From: Candidatus Omnitrophota bacterium
GTDB lineage: Bacteria > Omnitrophota > Gorgyraeia > JAFGHF01
DNA: 64,000 bases
Direction of reading: 5' to 3'
Assembly: GCA_020341815.1 (NCBI GenBank)
Contig: CP070837.1
Span: 216,209-280,208 of the forward strand
Shown one piece after another: positions 17,318 through 26,257 of the stretch. The notes under the pieces were generated by a model. That model searched no databases. It had not been told where the DNA came from and saw nothing but the letters and a program-made list of their open reading frames with translations. Each line of letters starts with the position of its first letter. The stretch's first letter is position 1. The translations under genes and the position numbers were made by a program.

Positions 17318-17989
17318 GTGAAGGAAAACCTGAGATATATTTTAACCCTGACTTTGATCTGTTTCGTTACCGCCTCTTTGCTTACGGGCGTTTATCTTTT
17401 GACTCAGCCCAGAATCCTCGAGCAAAAAGAGAAAGAGAAAACAGAGGCCTTAAAAGAGGTAATGCCGGAGGCAGGATATTTTGATGCGGTTAGCGAGGAG
17501 GGTAAGGTTATTTATTATCGGGCTTATCCTTCGTCCAACAAACAGAGACTATTAGGCTTTGCTTTTACGGCCCGGGCTCAAGGGTATTCCGGAGTGATTG
17601 AAACTATGGCCGGCATAGATAGAGAGGGCAAAATTACGGGGGTAAAGATATTGCAGCAGACTGAGACCCCGGGCCTGGGGGCCAGGATTAGCGAAGTCCT
17701 TAAGCAAAAGACTCTTTATGAGGCAACCAAAGATCTTTTTTCCAGAGAAAAGAAAATTGATGAGATACCCGATAAGCCCTGGTTTTGCGCGCAATTTAAG
17801 GGCAAAAGAATTAGTGATTTAATAGTGGTAAAAACTCCCACCGAAAAAAATATTCAGGCCATAACCGGGGCGACGATTTCTTCGGAGGCCCTGACTGATT
17901 CTGTGCGCGAGAAGGCAAAAGAGATTTTAAGATATGAACCCCGCCCTTCCAAACACCACGGCTTGCACAATAGATATGGGCAAAAGTAA
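17318..17989 (+). CDS. rnfG: Rnf complex subunit G (FMN-binding) with repeat-encoded C-terminal extension
   Basis: ITGATISSEALTDSV FMN-binding motif. The last about 18 codons (..EPRPSKHHGLHNRYGQK) lie inside MITE-like copy B. Confidence 0.75.
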   Translation: MKENLRYILTLTLICFVTASLLTGVYLLTQPRILEQKEKEKTEALKEVMPEAGYFDAVSEEGKVIYYRAYPSSNKQRLLGFAFTARAQGYSGVIETMAGIDREGKITGVKILQQTETPGLGARISEVLKQKTLYEATKDLFSREKKIDEIPDKPWFCAQFKGKRISDLIVVKTPTEKNIQAITGATISSEALTDSVREKAKEILRYEPRPSKHHGLHNRYGQK

Positions 17990-18050
17990 TAAAAGAAAAG
18001 GTAGGTATAAAGAGTTGGCATTAGGAAGAGAGAAAGGAAGGGCGGGGTGA
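17935..18050. repeat. MITE-like intergenic repeat, copy B
   Basis: TGAACCCCGCCCTTCC ... GGAAGGGCGGGGTGAA, 116 bp. Internal TTGCACAATAGATATGGGCAAAAGTAATAAAAG core. The 3' TIR gives the GTG start of rnfD at 18047. Confidence 0.85.
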
Positions 18051-18976
18051 ACAATAAACTGATTGTTTCGACCTCGCCTCACATTTATACGCGGGAGAGC
18101 TCTGCTAAGATAATGTGGATGGTAACACTATCTCTCGTTCCCGCAGGCATTGCCGGGGTGTATATCTTTGGGTTGAGCTCCTTATGGGTAATTTTAACCG
18201 GCATTATTTCTGCAGTATTAACAGAGGCAGCAATTCAGAAGTTACGTGGGGCAGCAGTTACTCTTTATGACGGCAGTGCCCTGCTCACGGGCCTGCTTTT
18301 AGCCTATTGCCTGCCGCCGGCAGTTCCTTTGTGGGTGGTGGCTTGCGGCTCCGTGTTTGCCATTGCCATTGGCAAGCAGGCCTTTGGCGGACTGGGACAG
18401 AATATCTTTAATCCTGCGCTTGCCGGACGGGCCTTTTTGCTGGCGGCCTGGCCGACATATATGACTACCTGGACAAATCCCCGAGGCGCGCTTGATGCAA
18501 TAACCTCGGCCACCCCTTTAGATAACGCCTTTGTTGGAGTCACTTACTGGGATTTGTTTATCGGCAGGCGCTCTGGCTGTATCGGCGAGGTCTGTATTAT
18601 TGCACTTTTAGCCGGGGCATTATTTTTGTTGATGTCGGGATATATCAGCTGGCATATCCCTTTTTCCTTTATTGCTACGGCGGGCATATTTACCTGGGCG
18701 TTCGGCGCAGATACTTTATTTAGCGGCCAATGGCTGTTTCATATCTTGTCCGGCGGGCTTATCCTCGGTGCCTTCTTTATGGCCACCGATTATGTCACTT
18801 CTCCCCTGACCAATAAAGGTAAATTAATCTTTGGCTTTGGCTGCGGTCTGTTTACAGGCATAATCCGGCTCTGGGGAGGGTATCCTGAAGGTGTCTGTTA
18901 TGCAATCCTGCTGATGAATGCGGCTTGCCCCTTGATCGACAGATACACAAGACCGAGAAGGTTTGGAACAAAATGA
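18047..18976 (+). CDS. rnfD: Rnf complex subunit D
   Basis: 309 aa polytopic. SPH motif. Both termini lie in repeat copies (GTG start in copy B, TGA stop in copy C). Confidence 0.85.
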   Translation: MNNKLIVSTSPHIYTRESSAKIMWMVTLSLVPAGIAGVYIFGLSSLWVILTGIISAVLTEAAIQKLRGAAVTLYDGSALLTGLLLAYCLPPAVPLWVVACGSVFAIAIGKQAFGGLGQNIFNPALAGRAFLLAAWPTYMTTWTNPRGALDAITSATPLDNAFVGVTYWDLFIGRRSGCIGEVCIIALLAGALFLLMSGYISWHIPFSFIATAGIFTWAFGADTLFSGQWLFHILSGGLILGAFFMATDYVTSPLTNKGKLIFGFGCGLFTGIIRLWGGYPEGVCYAILLMNAACPLIDRYTRPRRFGTK

Positions 18977-19050
18977 ACCCCGCCCTTCCTAAACATCGGA
19001 AGGATGGGGATAGATAAGTGGCATTGGGATGAAAGGAAGAGCGGGGTGAA
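18974..19050. repeat. MITE-like intergenic repeat, copy C (short form)
   Basis: 77 bp: TGAACCCCGCCCTTCC .. GGAAGAGCGGGGTGAA. Supplies the TGA stop of rnfD and RBS + GTG (19046) of rnfE. Confidence 0.85.
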
Positions 19051-19636
19051 AAAATTATTTCAGGAGTTTACGAAAGGTATTCACAGGGAAAATCCTATTT
19101 TCGCTTTGGCCCTGGGGCTCTGCCCGACATTGGCAATTTCTACTTCAGTAAAAACTGGCTTAGGCATGGGTCTGGCGGCGACATTTGTCCTGATAGGCTC
19201 AAATGTGATTATCTCCGCTATCCGCAACGGCATCCCTCACAAAATCAGGATTCCCTGTTTTATCGTGATTATCGCTACTTTTGTAACTATTGTTGAGCTG
19301 GTTATGCAGGCATACTTTCCGCCCCTGAGCAAGCAACTGGGTATCTTTGTGCCTTTGATTGTGGTTAACTGTATTATTATGTGCCGGGCCGAGGGCTTTG
19401 CGGCAAAAAATCCTCCCACCAGGTCCTTATTTGATGCCCTGGGCATGGGCGCAGGCTTTACCCTGGGGCTGGTTTTGATTTCGGCAATCCGTGAAGCTAT
19501 TGGTTCAGGAAGATTATTCGGTTATATATTATTTAAGGGCTATCAGCCGGCATTGACGCTGGCCTTAGCACCGGGAGCGCTTTTGGTCCTGGGGCTTCTT
19601 TTGGGATTATCCAATTTAATTTTTAAAAGGAAATAA
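19046..19636 (+). CDS. rnfE: Rnf complex subunit E (start revised to the repeat-supplied GTG)
   Basis: NPIFALALGLCPTLA motif. GTG 19046 with RBS AGGAAGA 5 nt upstream matches the start position in other repeat copies. ATG 19004 from the ORF track lies inside the repeat. Confidence 0.75.
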   Translation: MKKLFQEFTKGIHRENPIFALALGLCPTLAISTSVKTGLGMGLAATFVLIGSNVIISAIRNGIPHKIRIPCFIVIIATFVTIVELVMQAYFPPLSKQLGIFVPLIVVNCIIMCRAEGFAAKNPPTRSLFDALGMGAGFTLGLVLISAIREAIGSGRLFGYILFKGYQPALTLALAPGALLVLGLLLGLSNLIFKRK

Positions 19637-19638
19637 AA

Positions 19639-20247
19639 ATGGATTTAGGGTTGCTTCTTTCAATCGTTATCGGCAATATCTTTATCAGCAATTTTATTCT
19701 TTTTAAATTTTTAGGATTGTGTCCGTTTATCGGCGTCTCAAGAAAAACGGGCCCTGCCTTGAGCATGGGCGCAGCGGTTATCTTTGTGATGACGCTTTCC
19801 TCCATTATTACCTGGTGTATCTATAATTTTTTACTTTTACCCTTTAATATGGAGTTTTTAAGGACGATTTCTTTTATTTTGGTGATTGCCAGTTTTGTCC
19901 AGCTGGCGGAGATGATTATTTTAAAGACCAATCCCACACTTTACCGTGTATTGGGAGTTTATCTTCCCTTAATTACCACTAACTGTGCTATCCTGGGCGT
20001 AACGGTATTGAATATAGATATGTTTTTTAAAGAGGGCAAAGCTTTAAGTTTTAGCTTTTTCTATGCGGTTCTCCAGGGTTTCTGCGCAGGATTAGGGTTT
20101 CTCCTGGCTATGCTTTTGATGTCCGGCATTCGCGAAAGGCTGGATATCTTAGATGTGCCCGATTCCTTAAAGGGTATTCCTTTGGCCTTTATCGTTGCCT
20201 CTTTGATGTCTTTAGCCTTTATGGGTTTTTCCGGATTTAAATTTTAG
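19639..20247 (+). CDS. rnfA: Rnf complex subunit A
   Basis: 202 aa. FILFKFLGLCPFIGVS motif. Confidence 0.85.
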   Translation: MDLGLLLSIVIGNIFISNFILFKFLGLCPFIGVSRKTGPALSMGAAVIFVMTLSSIITWCIYNFLLLPFNMEFLRTISFILVIASFVQLAEMIILKTNPTLYRVLGVYLPLITTNCAILGVTVLNIDMFFKEGKALSFSFFYAVLQGFCAGLGFLLAMLLMSGIRERLDILDVPDSLKGIPLAFIVASLMSLAFMGFSGFKF

Positions 20248-20255
20248 GAGAGATA

Positions 20256-21089
20256 ATGCAATTCTTAGCACCAATACTTACATTAACGGCCTTAGGCCTT
20301 CTTTTTTCTCTGGCGCTTTTCTGGGCCTCCAAGAAATTCGCCGTGGTGCAGGATGCCAGAATAAAAGAGATTATGGAGAAGCTTCCCGGGGCTAACTGTG
20401 GCGCCTGCGGTATGGCCGGATGCAGCCGTTTTGCCGAGGCCCTGGTGCGCAAAGAAGTGGCTATCGAAAATTGTAAGGCCTGTTCCGAGGAGACTGCTTC
20501 CGAGATTGCCGGCATTTTAGGCGTGGACTTTCTGGTAAAAGAGAAAATGCTGGCCACACTGCGTTGCCACGGCGGCAAAAAGGCCAGGGATAAGTTTATC
20601 TATCAGGGGATAAAGGATTGTCAGGCGGCGGTTGAGCTTTTAGGGGGACATAAGCTATGCAATTTTGCCTGTGTCGGCTTTGGAAACTGCCAGCGGGCCT
20701 GCCCCTTTGGTGCTATCCGGATGAGTGACGAGGGGCTGCCCATAATTGATAGCGAGCTTTGCACCGGCTGCGGAAAGTGCGTTACGGTCTGCCCGAGAAA
20801 TTTATTAGTCTTAATCCCGCGCAAGGGCAAGGCATGCCCCGTTCGAAAAGATGATATTTCATCCGCTTTTTCGAATGGGGTGTATGTCGGCTGCAGCTCG
20901 CACGATGGTGCAAAGATTGTGGCCTCTGTCTGTGGCGTGGGATGCATTGCCTGCAAGAAGTGCGAAAAGGTCTGTCCCGTGGATGCGATAAAAGTAGTTG
21001 AAAATCTGGCGGTAATCGATTATGATAAATGCACCTCTTGCGGAGAGTGTGTTAAGGTCTGCCCGAGAAAGATTATAAAGGAGCTATAA
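20256..21089 (+). CDS. rnfB: Rnf complex subunit B (polyferredoxin)
   Basis: 277 aa. N-terminal TM, then multiple CxxCxxCxxxCP 4Fe-4S motifs. Confidence 0.85.
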   Translation: MQFLAPILTLTALGLLFSLALFWASKKFAVVQDARIKEIMEKLPGANCGACGMAGCSRFAEALVRKEVAIENCKACSEETASEIAGILGVDFLVKEKMLATLRCHGGKKARDKFIYQGIKDCQAAVELLGGHKLCNFACVGFGNCQRACPFGAIRMSDEGLPIIDSELCTGCGKCVTVCPRNLLVLIPRKGKACPVRKDDISSAFSNGVYVGCSSHDGAKIVASVCGVGCIACKKCEKVCPVDAIKVVENLAVIDYDKCTSCGECVKVCPRKIIKEL

Positions 21090-21688
21090 TGAATATCGCC
21101 GTTCTTTGTTCCGGAAACGGCAGTAATTTTCAGGCAATTGCCGATAGCCTGAAGAGTGGCAAGATTAAGGGCAAGGTTGCTCTGATGGTCTGTGACAACC
21201 CAAAGGCCTTTGCCCTTACCCGGGCAAAGAAAGCGGGAATAAAGACCGCTCTTATTGAGAGAAAGAACTTTAAGACCACCAGAGACTTTGAGGCCGAAAT
21301 TATCAAGAGCCTGGAAAAAGAAAAAATAGAGCTTATTTGCCTGGCCGGTTTTATGCGTATTATGGGTGCGGAGTTCGTGCGGAGGTTCCGCAATAAAATC
21401 TTAAACATACATCCGGCACTCCTTCCTTCTTTTAAGGGTGCCCATGGAATAAAGGATGCCTTGGATTACGGAGTAAAGGTCACCGGGGTTACCGTGCATT
21501 TCGTTGACGATAAAATGGACCATGGCCCGATAATCCTGCAGGAGGCGCTGGAAGTCAAAAATGATGATACGCAAGACTCTTTGGGCCAGCGTATTCACAA
21601 GATAGAGCATAAATTGTATCCTGAGGCAATAAAGCTTTTTGTAGAAAAAAGATTAAAAATAGAAGGACGCAGAGTAAAGATAAAATAA
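21089..21688 (+). CDS. purN: Phosphoribosylglycinamide formyltransferase
   Basis: 199 aa. SGNGSN N-terminus, formyltransferase core (LAGFMRI, HPALLPSF..G). Confidence 0.85.
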   Translation: MNIAVLCSGNGSNFQAIADSLKSGKIKGKVALMVCDNPKAFALTRAKKAGIKTALIERKNFKTTRDFEAEIIKSLEKEKIELICLAGFMRIMGAEFVRRFRNKILNIHPALLPSFKGAHGIKDALDYGVKVTGVTVHFVDDKMDHGPIILQEALEVKNDDTQDSLGQRIHKIEHKLYPEAIKLFVEKRLKIEGRRVKIK

Positions 21689-21689
21689 G

Positions 21690-23084
21690 ATGTCTATTAA
21701 GTTCGGCACCTCCGGCTGGCGCGCAATTATAGCCGATGAGTTTACCTTTTCCAACGTACGTATAGTTTCACAGGCAATAGCCAAATACCTTAAGAGCCAC
21801 CATTTGCAGGATAAAGGCATAATCGTCGGGTATGATACCAGATTTCTCTCAAAAGAGTTTGCTCAAAGCTGTGCAGAAACTATTGCCGGGAGTAATATCG
21901 ATGTATATCTGACAGAGCGTGAGGCACCCACTCCCGTAATCGCTTACCAGATATTGAAGAGAAAAACCGGCGGGGCGATTAATATAACCGCCAGCCATAA
22001 TCCTGCGCAGTATAACGGCATTAAGTTTTCTTCTGCCTCAGGCGCCCCGGCGCCTCCTGAGGTAACTAGTGAGATAGAGAAGAATATCGGAAGTGCCGCC
22101 GGCAGCTCTTCAGGCAAAAAAGGTCAAATCGAAATATTTGACCCCCGTCCGGAATATTTAGAACAGATTAAAAAATTGGTTAATTTCGGGGCTATTGGTC
22201 AGGCTAAGCTTAAAATAGGAGTCGACCTTTTATATGGGACAGGGCGGGGATATCTGGATGAGCTACTTCGGGAGGCCGGATGTGAGGTTATATCTTTACA
22301 CGATAGGCTTGACCCATCATTTGGCGGTTTGCCTCCTGAGCCGGCCAGCCTTCAGCTTGCCGAATTGACTAAGTTGATTGAAAGCAAAGGCCTGGACCTG
22401 GGTCTGGCTGTCGATGGTGATGCCGACCGCTTTGGGGTTGTGGATAGAGACGGCACATATATTAGCGCTAATCAGGTAATCAGTCTTTTGAGCGCCCATC
22501 TGATAGCTACGCGGCCAGGATACAAAAGAATAGCCCGGACCATAGCCACCACGCATATGGTCGATGCCTTAGCCCGAAAAGAAGGCTTAAGAGTTACAGA
22601 GACCCCTGTGGGCTTTAAGTATATTGCAGAGGAATTGATGAAAGGGGATTGCCTTATCGGGGCAGAGGAATCCGGAGGGCTTTCCATCGCCGGCCATATC
22701 CCTGAGAAGGACGGCATTCTGGCCTGTTTCTTGATTGCCGAGATGGTAGCCGTAAGAAAGAAGCCGCCGGGCGAGATATTAAAAGAATTATATAAAGAAG
22801 TGGGAGATTTCTTTAGCGCGCGGGAGGATTTTCATCTTCAGGAAAAGGCTATGAAAAATTTTTCTAATCAAGCAAAATCTTTTTCCTCTTTATCCTCCTT
22901 GGGAGGGAGGAAAATAAGCAGTTTTTCCCAGCGCGACGGATATAAGTTCATTTTTAATGATGAGAGCTGGCTGATGTTTCGTTTAAGCGGCACCGAGCCT
23001 GTAGTAAGGTGCTATTGTGAGGCTAAGACCAAAGCCGGCCTGAAGGAGCTGCTAAAATTAGGGGAAGGAATGGTTAATGCTTAA
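21690..23084 (+). CDS. Phosphoglucomutase/phosphomannomutase family protein
   Basis: 464 aa. Active-site TASHNP, metal loop DGDADR. Confidence 0.8.
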   Translation: MSIKFGTSGWRAIIADEFTFSNVRIVSQAIAKYLKSHHLQDKGIIVGYDTRFLSKEFAQSCAETIAGSNIDVYLTEREAPTPVIAYQILKRKTGGAINITASHNPAQYNGIKFSSASGAPAPPEVTSEIEKNIGSAAGSSSGKKGQIEIFDPRPEYLEQIKKLVNFGAIGQAKLKIGVDLLYGTGRGYLDELLREAGCEVISLHDRLDPSFGGLPPEPASLQLAELTKLIESKGLDLGLAVDGDADRFGVVDRDGTYISANQVISLLSAHLIATRPGYKRIARTIATTHMVDALARKEGLRVTETPVGFKYIAEELMKGDCLIGAEESGGLSIAGHIPEKDGILACFLIAEMVAVRKKPPGEILKELYKEVGDFFSAREDFHLQEKAMKNFSNQAKSFSSLSSLGGRKISSFSQRDGYKFIFNDESWLMFRLSGTEPVVRCYCEAKTKAGLKELLKLGEGMVNA

Positions 23085-23142
23085 AGACCTTGACAATAGA
23101 GAAGAGTTGGGGTATAGTAGCACCACCGAAAGTGACGACACT

Positions 23143-24423
23143 ATGAAAATCAAAGACGCAAAAGCAAGAGAAATAATTGACTCCCGGGGCAATCCCACCG
23201 TCGAGGTAGATGTAATCCTGAACGATGGGATTTTGGGTCGGGCTGCTGTGCCCAGTGGTGCCTCTACCGGAGAACACGAGGCCGTTGAGCTTCGCGACGG
23301 AGACAGGGCAAGATTCTTAGGCAAAGGGGTAACCCGGGCAATAGAAAATGTAGTCAATGTTATCAAACCGGCAATTCTGGATAAAGATGCTTCCAATCAG
23401 GAAGAGATTGATAAAATCCTTATTGACTTGGATGGCACAGAGAATAAAGGGCGCCTGGGGGCCAATGCTATTTTGGGGGTTTCTTTAGCCTCGGCTAAGG
23501 CCGCAAGCGCTGCGGCAAAACTACCGCTTTACCGCTATTTAGGCGGCGGCAGTGCGGTGACTCTGCCGGTACCGATGATGAATATCCTAAACGGAGGAAA
23601 GCACGCCGATAACAATGTGGATATTCAGGAATTTATGATTTTTCCTCTGGGCGTGAATAGCTTTTCTCAAGGTCTGCGCGCAGGATGTGAAGTTTTTCAG
23701 CATCTGAAAAAGATATTGCATAAAAACAAGCTCTCCACAGCCGTGGGCGATGAAGGGGGATTTGCCCCTGATTTGAAGTCAAACACCGAAGCTATCGAGG
23801 TGATTATTCAGGCAATCGAGCAGGCAGGATACAAACCGGGTAAAGACATCTATCTGGCTTTGGATGCCGCAGCCAGCTCCTTTTACGATGGGAAAAATTA
23901 TATCCTTGAGGCGGAAAAAAATCCAAAGAAGACGGCGGATGAGCTTATCGAGTTTTATCAGGAATTAGTCGAGAAATACCCCGTTGTTTCAATTGAGGAC
24001 GGCTTGGCCGAAGACGACTGGGACGGCTGGAGGAAGATGACCGAAAAATTGGGTCAGGATATTCAGATAGTAGGTGATGACCTTTTTGTAACCAATACAA
24101 AAAGATTGAAAAGGGGTATAGACGAGAAATGCGCCAATTCCATTTTGATTAAGGTCAACCAGATCGGCACCTTAAGTGAGACCTTGGCGGCTATCAAGAT
24201 GGCCAAAGAAAATGGCTTCAGCTCGGTGATCTCGCACCGCTCGGGTGAGACGGAAGATGCAACCATTGCCCATCTTGCCGTAGCCACATCCTGCGGCCAG
24301 ATTAAAACCGGCTCCACCTCACGTAGCGAGCGCCTGTCCAAATATAACGAGCTTTTGCGCATCGAAGAGGAACTGGGCAAAGAGGCAGTTTACGGAGGCG
24401 GGCTTTGGAGAAAAAGAAGATAA
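23143..24423 (+). CDS. eno: Enolase (phosphopyruvate hydratase)
   Basis: [32 protein letters not shown] motifs. Start placed at ATG 23143 (MKIKDAK..) rather than the 23077 ATG, which overlaps the upstream gene. Confidence 0.85.
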   Translation: MKIKDAKAREIIDSRGNPTVEVDVILNDGILGRAAVPSGASTGEHEAVELRDGDRARFLGKGVTRAIENVVNVIKPAILDKDASNQEEIDKILIDLDGTENKGRLGANAILGVSLASAKAASAAAKLPLYRYLGGGSAVTLPVPMMNILNGGKHADNNVDIQEFMIFPLGVNSFSQGLRAGCEVFQHLKKILHKNKLSTAVGDEGGFAPDLKSNTEAIEVIIQAIEQAGYKPGKDIYLALDAAASSFYDGKNYILEAEKNPKKTADELIEFYQELVEKYPVVSIEDGLAEDDWDGWRKMTEKLGQDIQIVGDDLFVTNTKRLKRGIDEKCANSILIKVNQIGTLSETLAAIKMAKENGFSSVISHRSGETEDATIAHLAVATSCGQIKTGSTSRSERLSKYNELLRIEEELGKEAVYGGGLWRKRR

Positions 24424-24686
24424 TTGCTCTTGGTGTTTTGGGTTTGATTTTATTGGGGGTTATTTTTATTCCCGGATATTTGAGAATTAAGAGATTGGCC
24501 GCCCAGAATAGAGACTTGGAAAAACAGATTAAGGAAATCAAAGAGGCCAACAGAAGATTGCAGGAAGAAAAGCAGTTAATCGAGACCGACCCTGTTTATT
24601 TTGAGAAGATGCTCCGTGAAGAATTAGGCCTGGCAAAAGAAGGAGAAATAGTTTATAAGGTTTTGCCACCGCAACAGAAGCAATAG
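24405..24686 (+). CDS. ftsB: Septum formation initiator FtsB/DivIC-like
   Basis: 93 aa. N-terminal TM plus coiled coil ([21 protein letters not shown]). Confidence 0.6.
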   Translation: MEKKKIIALGVLGLILLGVIFIPGYLRIKRLAAQNRDLEKQIKEIKEANRRLQEEKQLIETDPVYFEKMLREELGLAKEGEIVYKVLPPQQKQ

Positions 24687-24697
24687 ATTATTCATCT

Positions 24698-25018
24698 ATG
24701 ATAGCAGAATTAAATGTAGGCGACATAGTAGAAGCAAAAGTTACTAAAATTACCGATTTCGGCGCTTTCGTTAAAATTAACGGACGAAACCGCGGCTTAA
24801 TCCATATTTCCCAGGTATCCAACGATTTTGTGAAGGATATCAATAAATATCTTAAAGTGGGGGATGAGGTAAAGGCGCGGATAATCAAGCTTGGGCCCGG
24901 CAATAAAATCGATTTGACCTTGAAAAAACCCAAAAGTGACCGGCCCCAAAAGAAAGATAAGTCGTCCGGATTTAAGTCCTCTGATTTTGAGGAGAAGCTA
25001 AGGAAGTTTTTAGAATAA
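24698..25018 (+). CDS. S1 RNA-binding domain protein (YabR/GSP13-like)
   Basis: 106 aa. S1 fold motifs GDIVEAKVTKITDFGAFV..GLIHIS. Confidence 0.7.
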   Translation: MIAELNVGDIVEAKVTKITDFGAFVKINGRNRGLIHISQVSNDFVKDINKYLKVGDEVKARIIKLGPGNKIDLTLKKPKSDRPQKKDKSSGFKSSDFEEKLRKFLE

Positions 25019-25019
25019 T

Positions 25020-25119
25020 CGCGGGGTGGAGCAGCCTGGTAGCTCGGCTCGTAAAAACACTTCGTGTTCACGAGCCGGCACGTGGGCCGATGAAATCGGC
25101 CTTTACGTGCCGCAAGGCT
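25020..25119 (+). pseudogene. Pseudo 5' half of tRNA-fMet (acceptor + D arm) with 66-nt double-hairpin insertion, then anticodon-stem 5' strand CAAGGCT
   Basis: CGCGGGGTGGAGCAGCCTGGTAGCTCG is identical (except 1 nt) to exon 1 at 25390. It is followed by two perfect hairpins (25047..25075 and 25076..25112), then CAAGGCT, then the GIY-YIG ORF. Confidence 0.6.
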
Positions 25120-25131
25120 CATTTGGATTAA

Positions 25132-25470
25132 ATGTATTACGTTTACCTTCTGATTAGCACAAAGGATAATAATCAATATATCGGATTCACTGAAGATATC
25201 GATAAAAGACTAAAAGAACATAATGCTGGTAAAGTAGTATCTACAAAGAATAGAAGACCATTAAAGTTAATTTATTTTGAGGCTTATCTAGATAAAAGAG
25301 ATGCTCAAGGTAGAGAGCAATTTCTTAAAAGTGGAGCAGGTAAGAGATTTTTACGAAAACAATTGAAACACCATTTGGAAACAAGTAATCGCGGGGTGGA
25401 GCAGCCCGGTAGCTCGCAAGGCTCAAAATGGACACAAAGCTCAAAGCCGACATTGCGGAGTCAGCTGTAG
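25132..25470 (+). CDS. GIY-YIG nuclease superfamily protein, YhbQ/UPF0213-like; C-terminal about 30 aa read through tRNA exon 1
   Basis: YYVYLLISTKDNNQYIGFTEDIDKRLKEHNAGK matches the YhbQ-type GIY-YIG signature. The ORF continues through the tRNA 5' exon (..NRGVEQPGSS..) to a stop at 25470. Confidence 0.65.
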   Translation: MYYVYLLISTKDNNQYIGFTEDIDKRLKEHNAGKVVSTKNRRPLKLIYFEAYLDKRDAQGREQFLKSGAGKRFLRKQLKHHLETSNRGVEQPGSSQGSKWTQSSKPTLRSQL

Positions 25471-26060
25471 TAACTAAACTTCTGGAAAGAGGTTTTAGAG
25501 TACTGCGGCCTGTGGGAGATCGACTTTCCTACGATTTAGGCGTCGATCTCGACGGAAAGTTCATTCGCATCCAGGTGAAGAGTGCTTGGTTCAACAAGAA
25601 AGGCAGTTGCTATACTGTTGATGTGCGTCGAACCAAGACAAATCGCCGACATATGTTGAGACAACGTTATGATGCAAATGACTTTGATTTCGCAATTATC
25701 TACATCGCTGATTTGAATGTGTTCTACGTAATGCCTGTATCTGCATTCTCTCGTTACGGAAGTAGCGTAACATTTGTAGAATCAGATAAAAGGCAGCGTA
25801 AACCAAAATCAGCGAATTATAGAGAGCAATGGGATTTGTTGTTCAATGGGTCCCTCAGGCGGCAACGTCTGATGGAAAACCTGTCAAATTCGGTGGAGCC
25901 CTCGACATTAGATCAAGGTAATACCGAGCCAAGTCTCCCGATGGCCATCGGGGGAAAGGTGTAGAGACTAGGTGGCAGGAATCCTGAGGAATCAGGATTA
26001 AGGTATAGTCCAGACTACAAATGCCGTAAGTTCGGCAGCAGTGAAAACTGTAGTAGTAAG
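25424..26060 (+). mobile_element. Group I intron (IC3/Azoarcus-like core) in the tRNA-fMet anticodon loop, between U33 and C34
   Basis: Core-like motifs: GUCAAAUUCGG (25882..25892); GGUGUAGAGACUAGGUGGCAG (P7/P3'); hairpin AAUCCUGAGGAAUCAGGAUU (P8-like); GGUAUAGUCC (P7 3' strand); P9-like hairpins. The last intron nucleotide is G and the last exon nucleotide is U. Confidence 0.6.
25428..25964 (+). CDS. Intron-encoded ORF, 178 aa, possible PD-(D/E)xK-like endonuclease
   Basis: Starts 5 nt after the 5' splice site and ends inside the intron core. Loose GVDLDGKF..IRIQVKS D..(E/Q)xK-like pattern. The nuclease assignment is weak. Confidence 0.4.
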   Translation: MDTKLKADIAESAVVTKLLERGFRVLRPVGDRLSYDLGVDLDGKFIRIQVKSAWFNKKGSCYTVDVRRTKTNRRHMLRQRYDANDFDFAIIYIADLNVFYVMPVSAFSRYGSSVTFVESDKRQRKPKSANYREQWDLLFNGSLRRQRLMENLSNSVEPSTLDQGNTEPSLPMAIGGKV

Positions 26061-26111
26061 CATAACCTTGAGGTCGGCCGTTCGAATCGGCCCCCCGCTA
26101 CCATTTAAGAG

Positions 26112-26139
26112 AGTCCCGGCTTACTGTCGGGACTTTTTA
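26112..26139 (+). terminator. Intrinsic terminator after tRNA-fMet
   Basis: AGTCCCGG-CTTACTGT-CGGGACT stem followed by TTTTTATTT. Confidence 0.65.
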
Positions 26140-26257
26140 TTTGACGTAACCCCTTATATTTGATATAATAATGGTTCTGAAAAGCCTCCGGCTCTACTCT
26201 CCGAGTCAACGACTCGTAGAGTCGGAGACGAACCGTAGGCTCGGAGAGGAGGTAAAA

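Larger units (their letters stand above)
25390..26103 (+). tRNA. tRNA-Met(CAT), initiator-like, split by an intron: exon 1 25390..25423, exon 2 26061..26103 (CCA encoded)
   Basis: Exon 1 CGCGGGGTGGAGCAGCCCGGTAGCTCGCAAGGCT gives acceptor, D arm and anticodon stem through U33, near-identical to E. coli tRNA-fMet. Exon 2 CATAACCTTGAGGTCGGCCGTTCGAATCGGCCCCCCGCTACCA gives the CAT anticodon, T arm GGCCG-TTCGAAT-CGGCC and acceptor with a C1xU72 mismatch. Confidence 0.75.

Noticed and set aside
19004-19045. ATG 19004 start for rnfE given by the ORF track
   Set aside because: It lies inside the repeat element with no SD. The GTG at 19046 sits at the position used as start in every other repeat copy and has the AGGAAG SD.
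23077-23142. Upstream ATG start for enolase
   Set aside because: It adds 22 non-conserved residues and overlaps the phosphoglucomutase gene. The canonical enolase N-terminus begins at ATG 23143.
24688-25176. 162-aa minus-strand ORF spanning the S1-domain gene and the tRNA pseudo-exon
   Set aside because: It overlaps a conserved + strand S1 gene and the structured tRNA/hairpin region. No supporting signals.
25020-26103. tRNA as an integration site of a prophage or genomic island
   Set aside because: The duplicated segment is the 5' half of the tRNA rather than the 3' half. No integrase/recombinase gene is adjacent. Group-I core motifs are present, so the intron interpretation was preferred.
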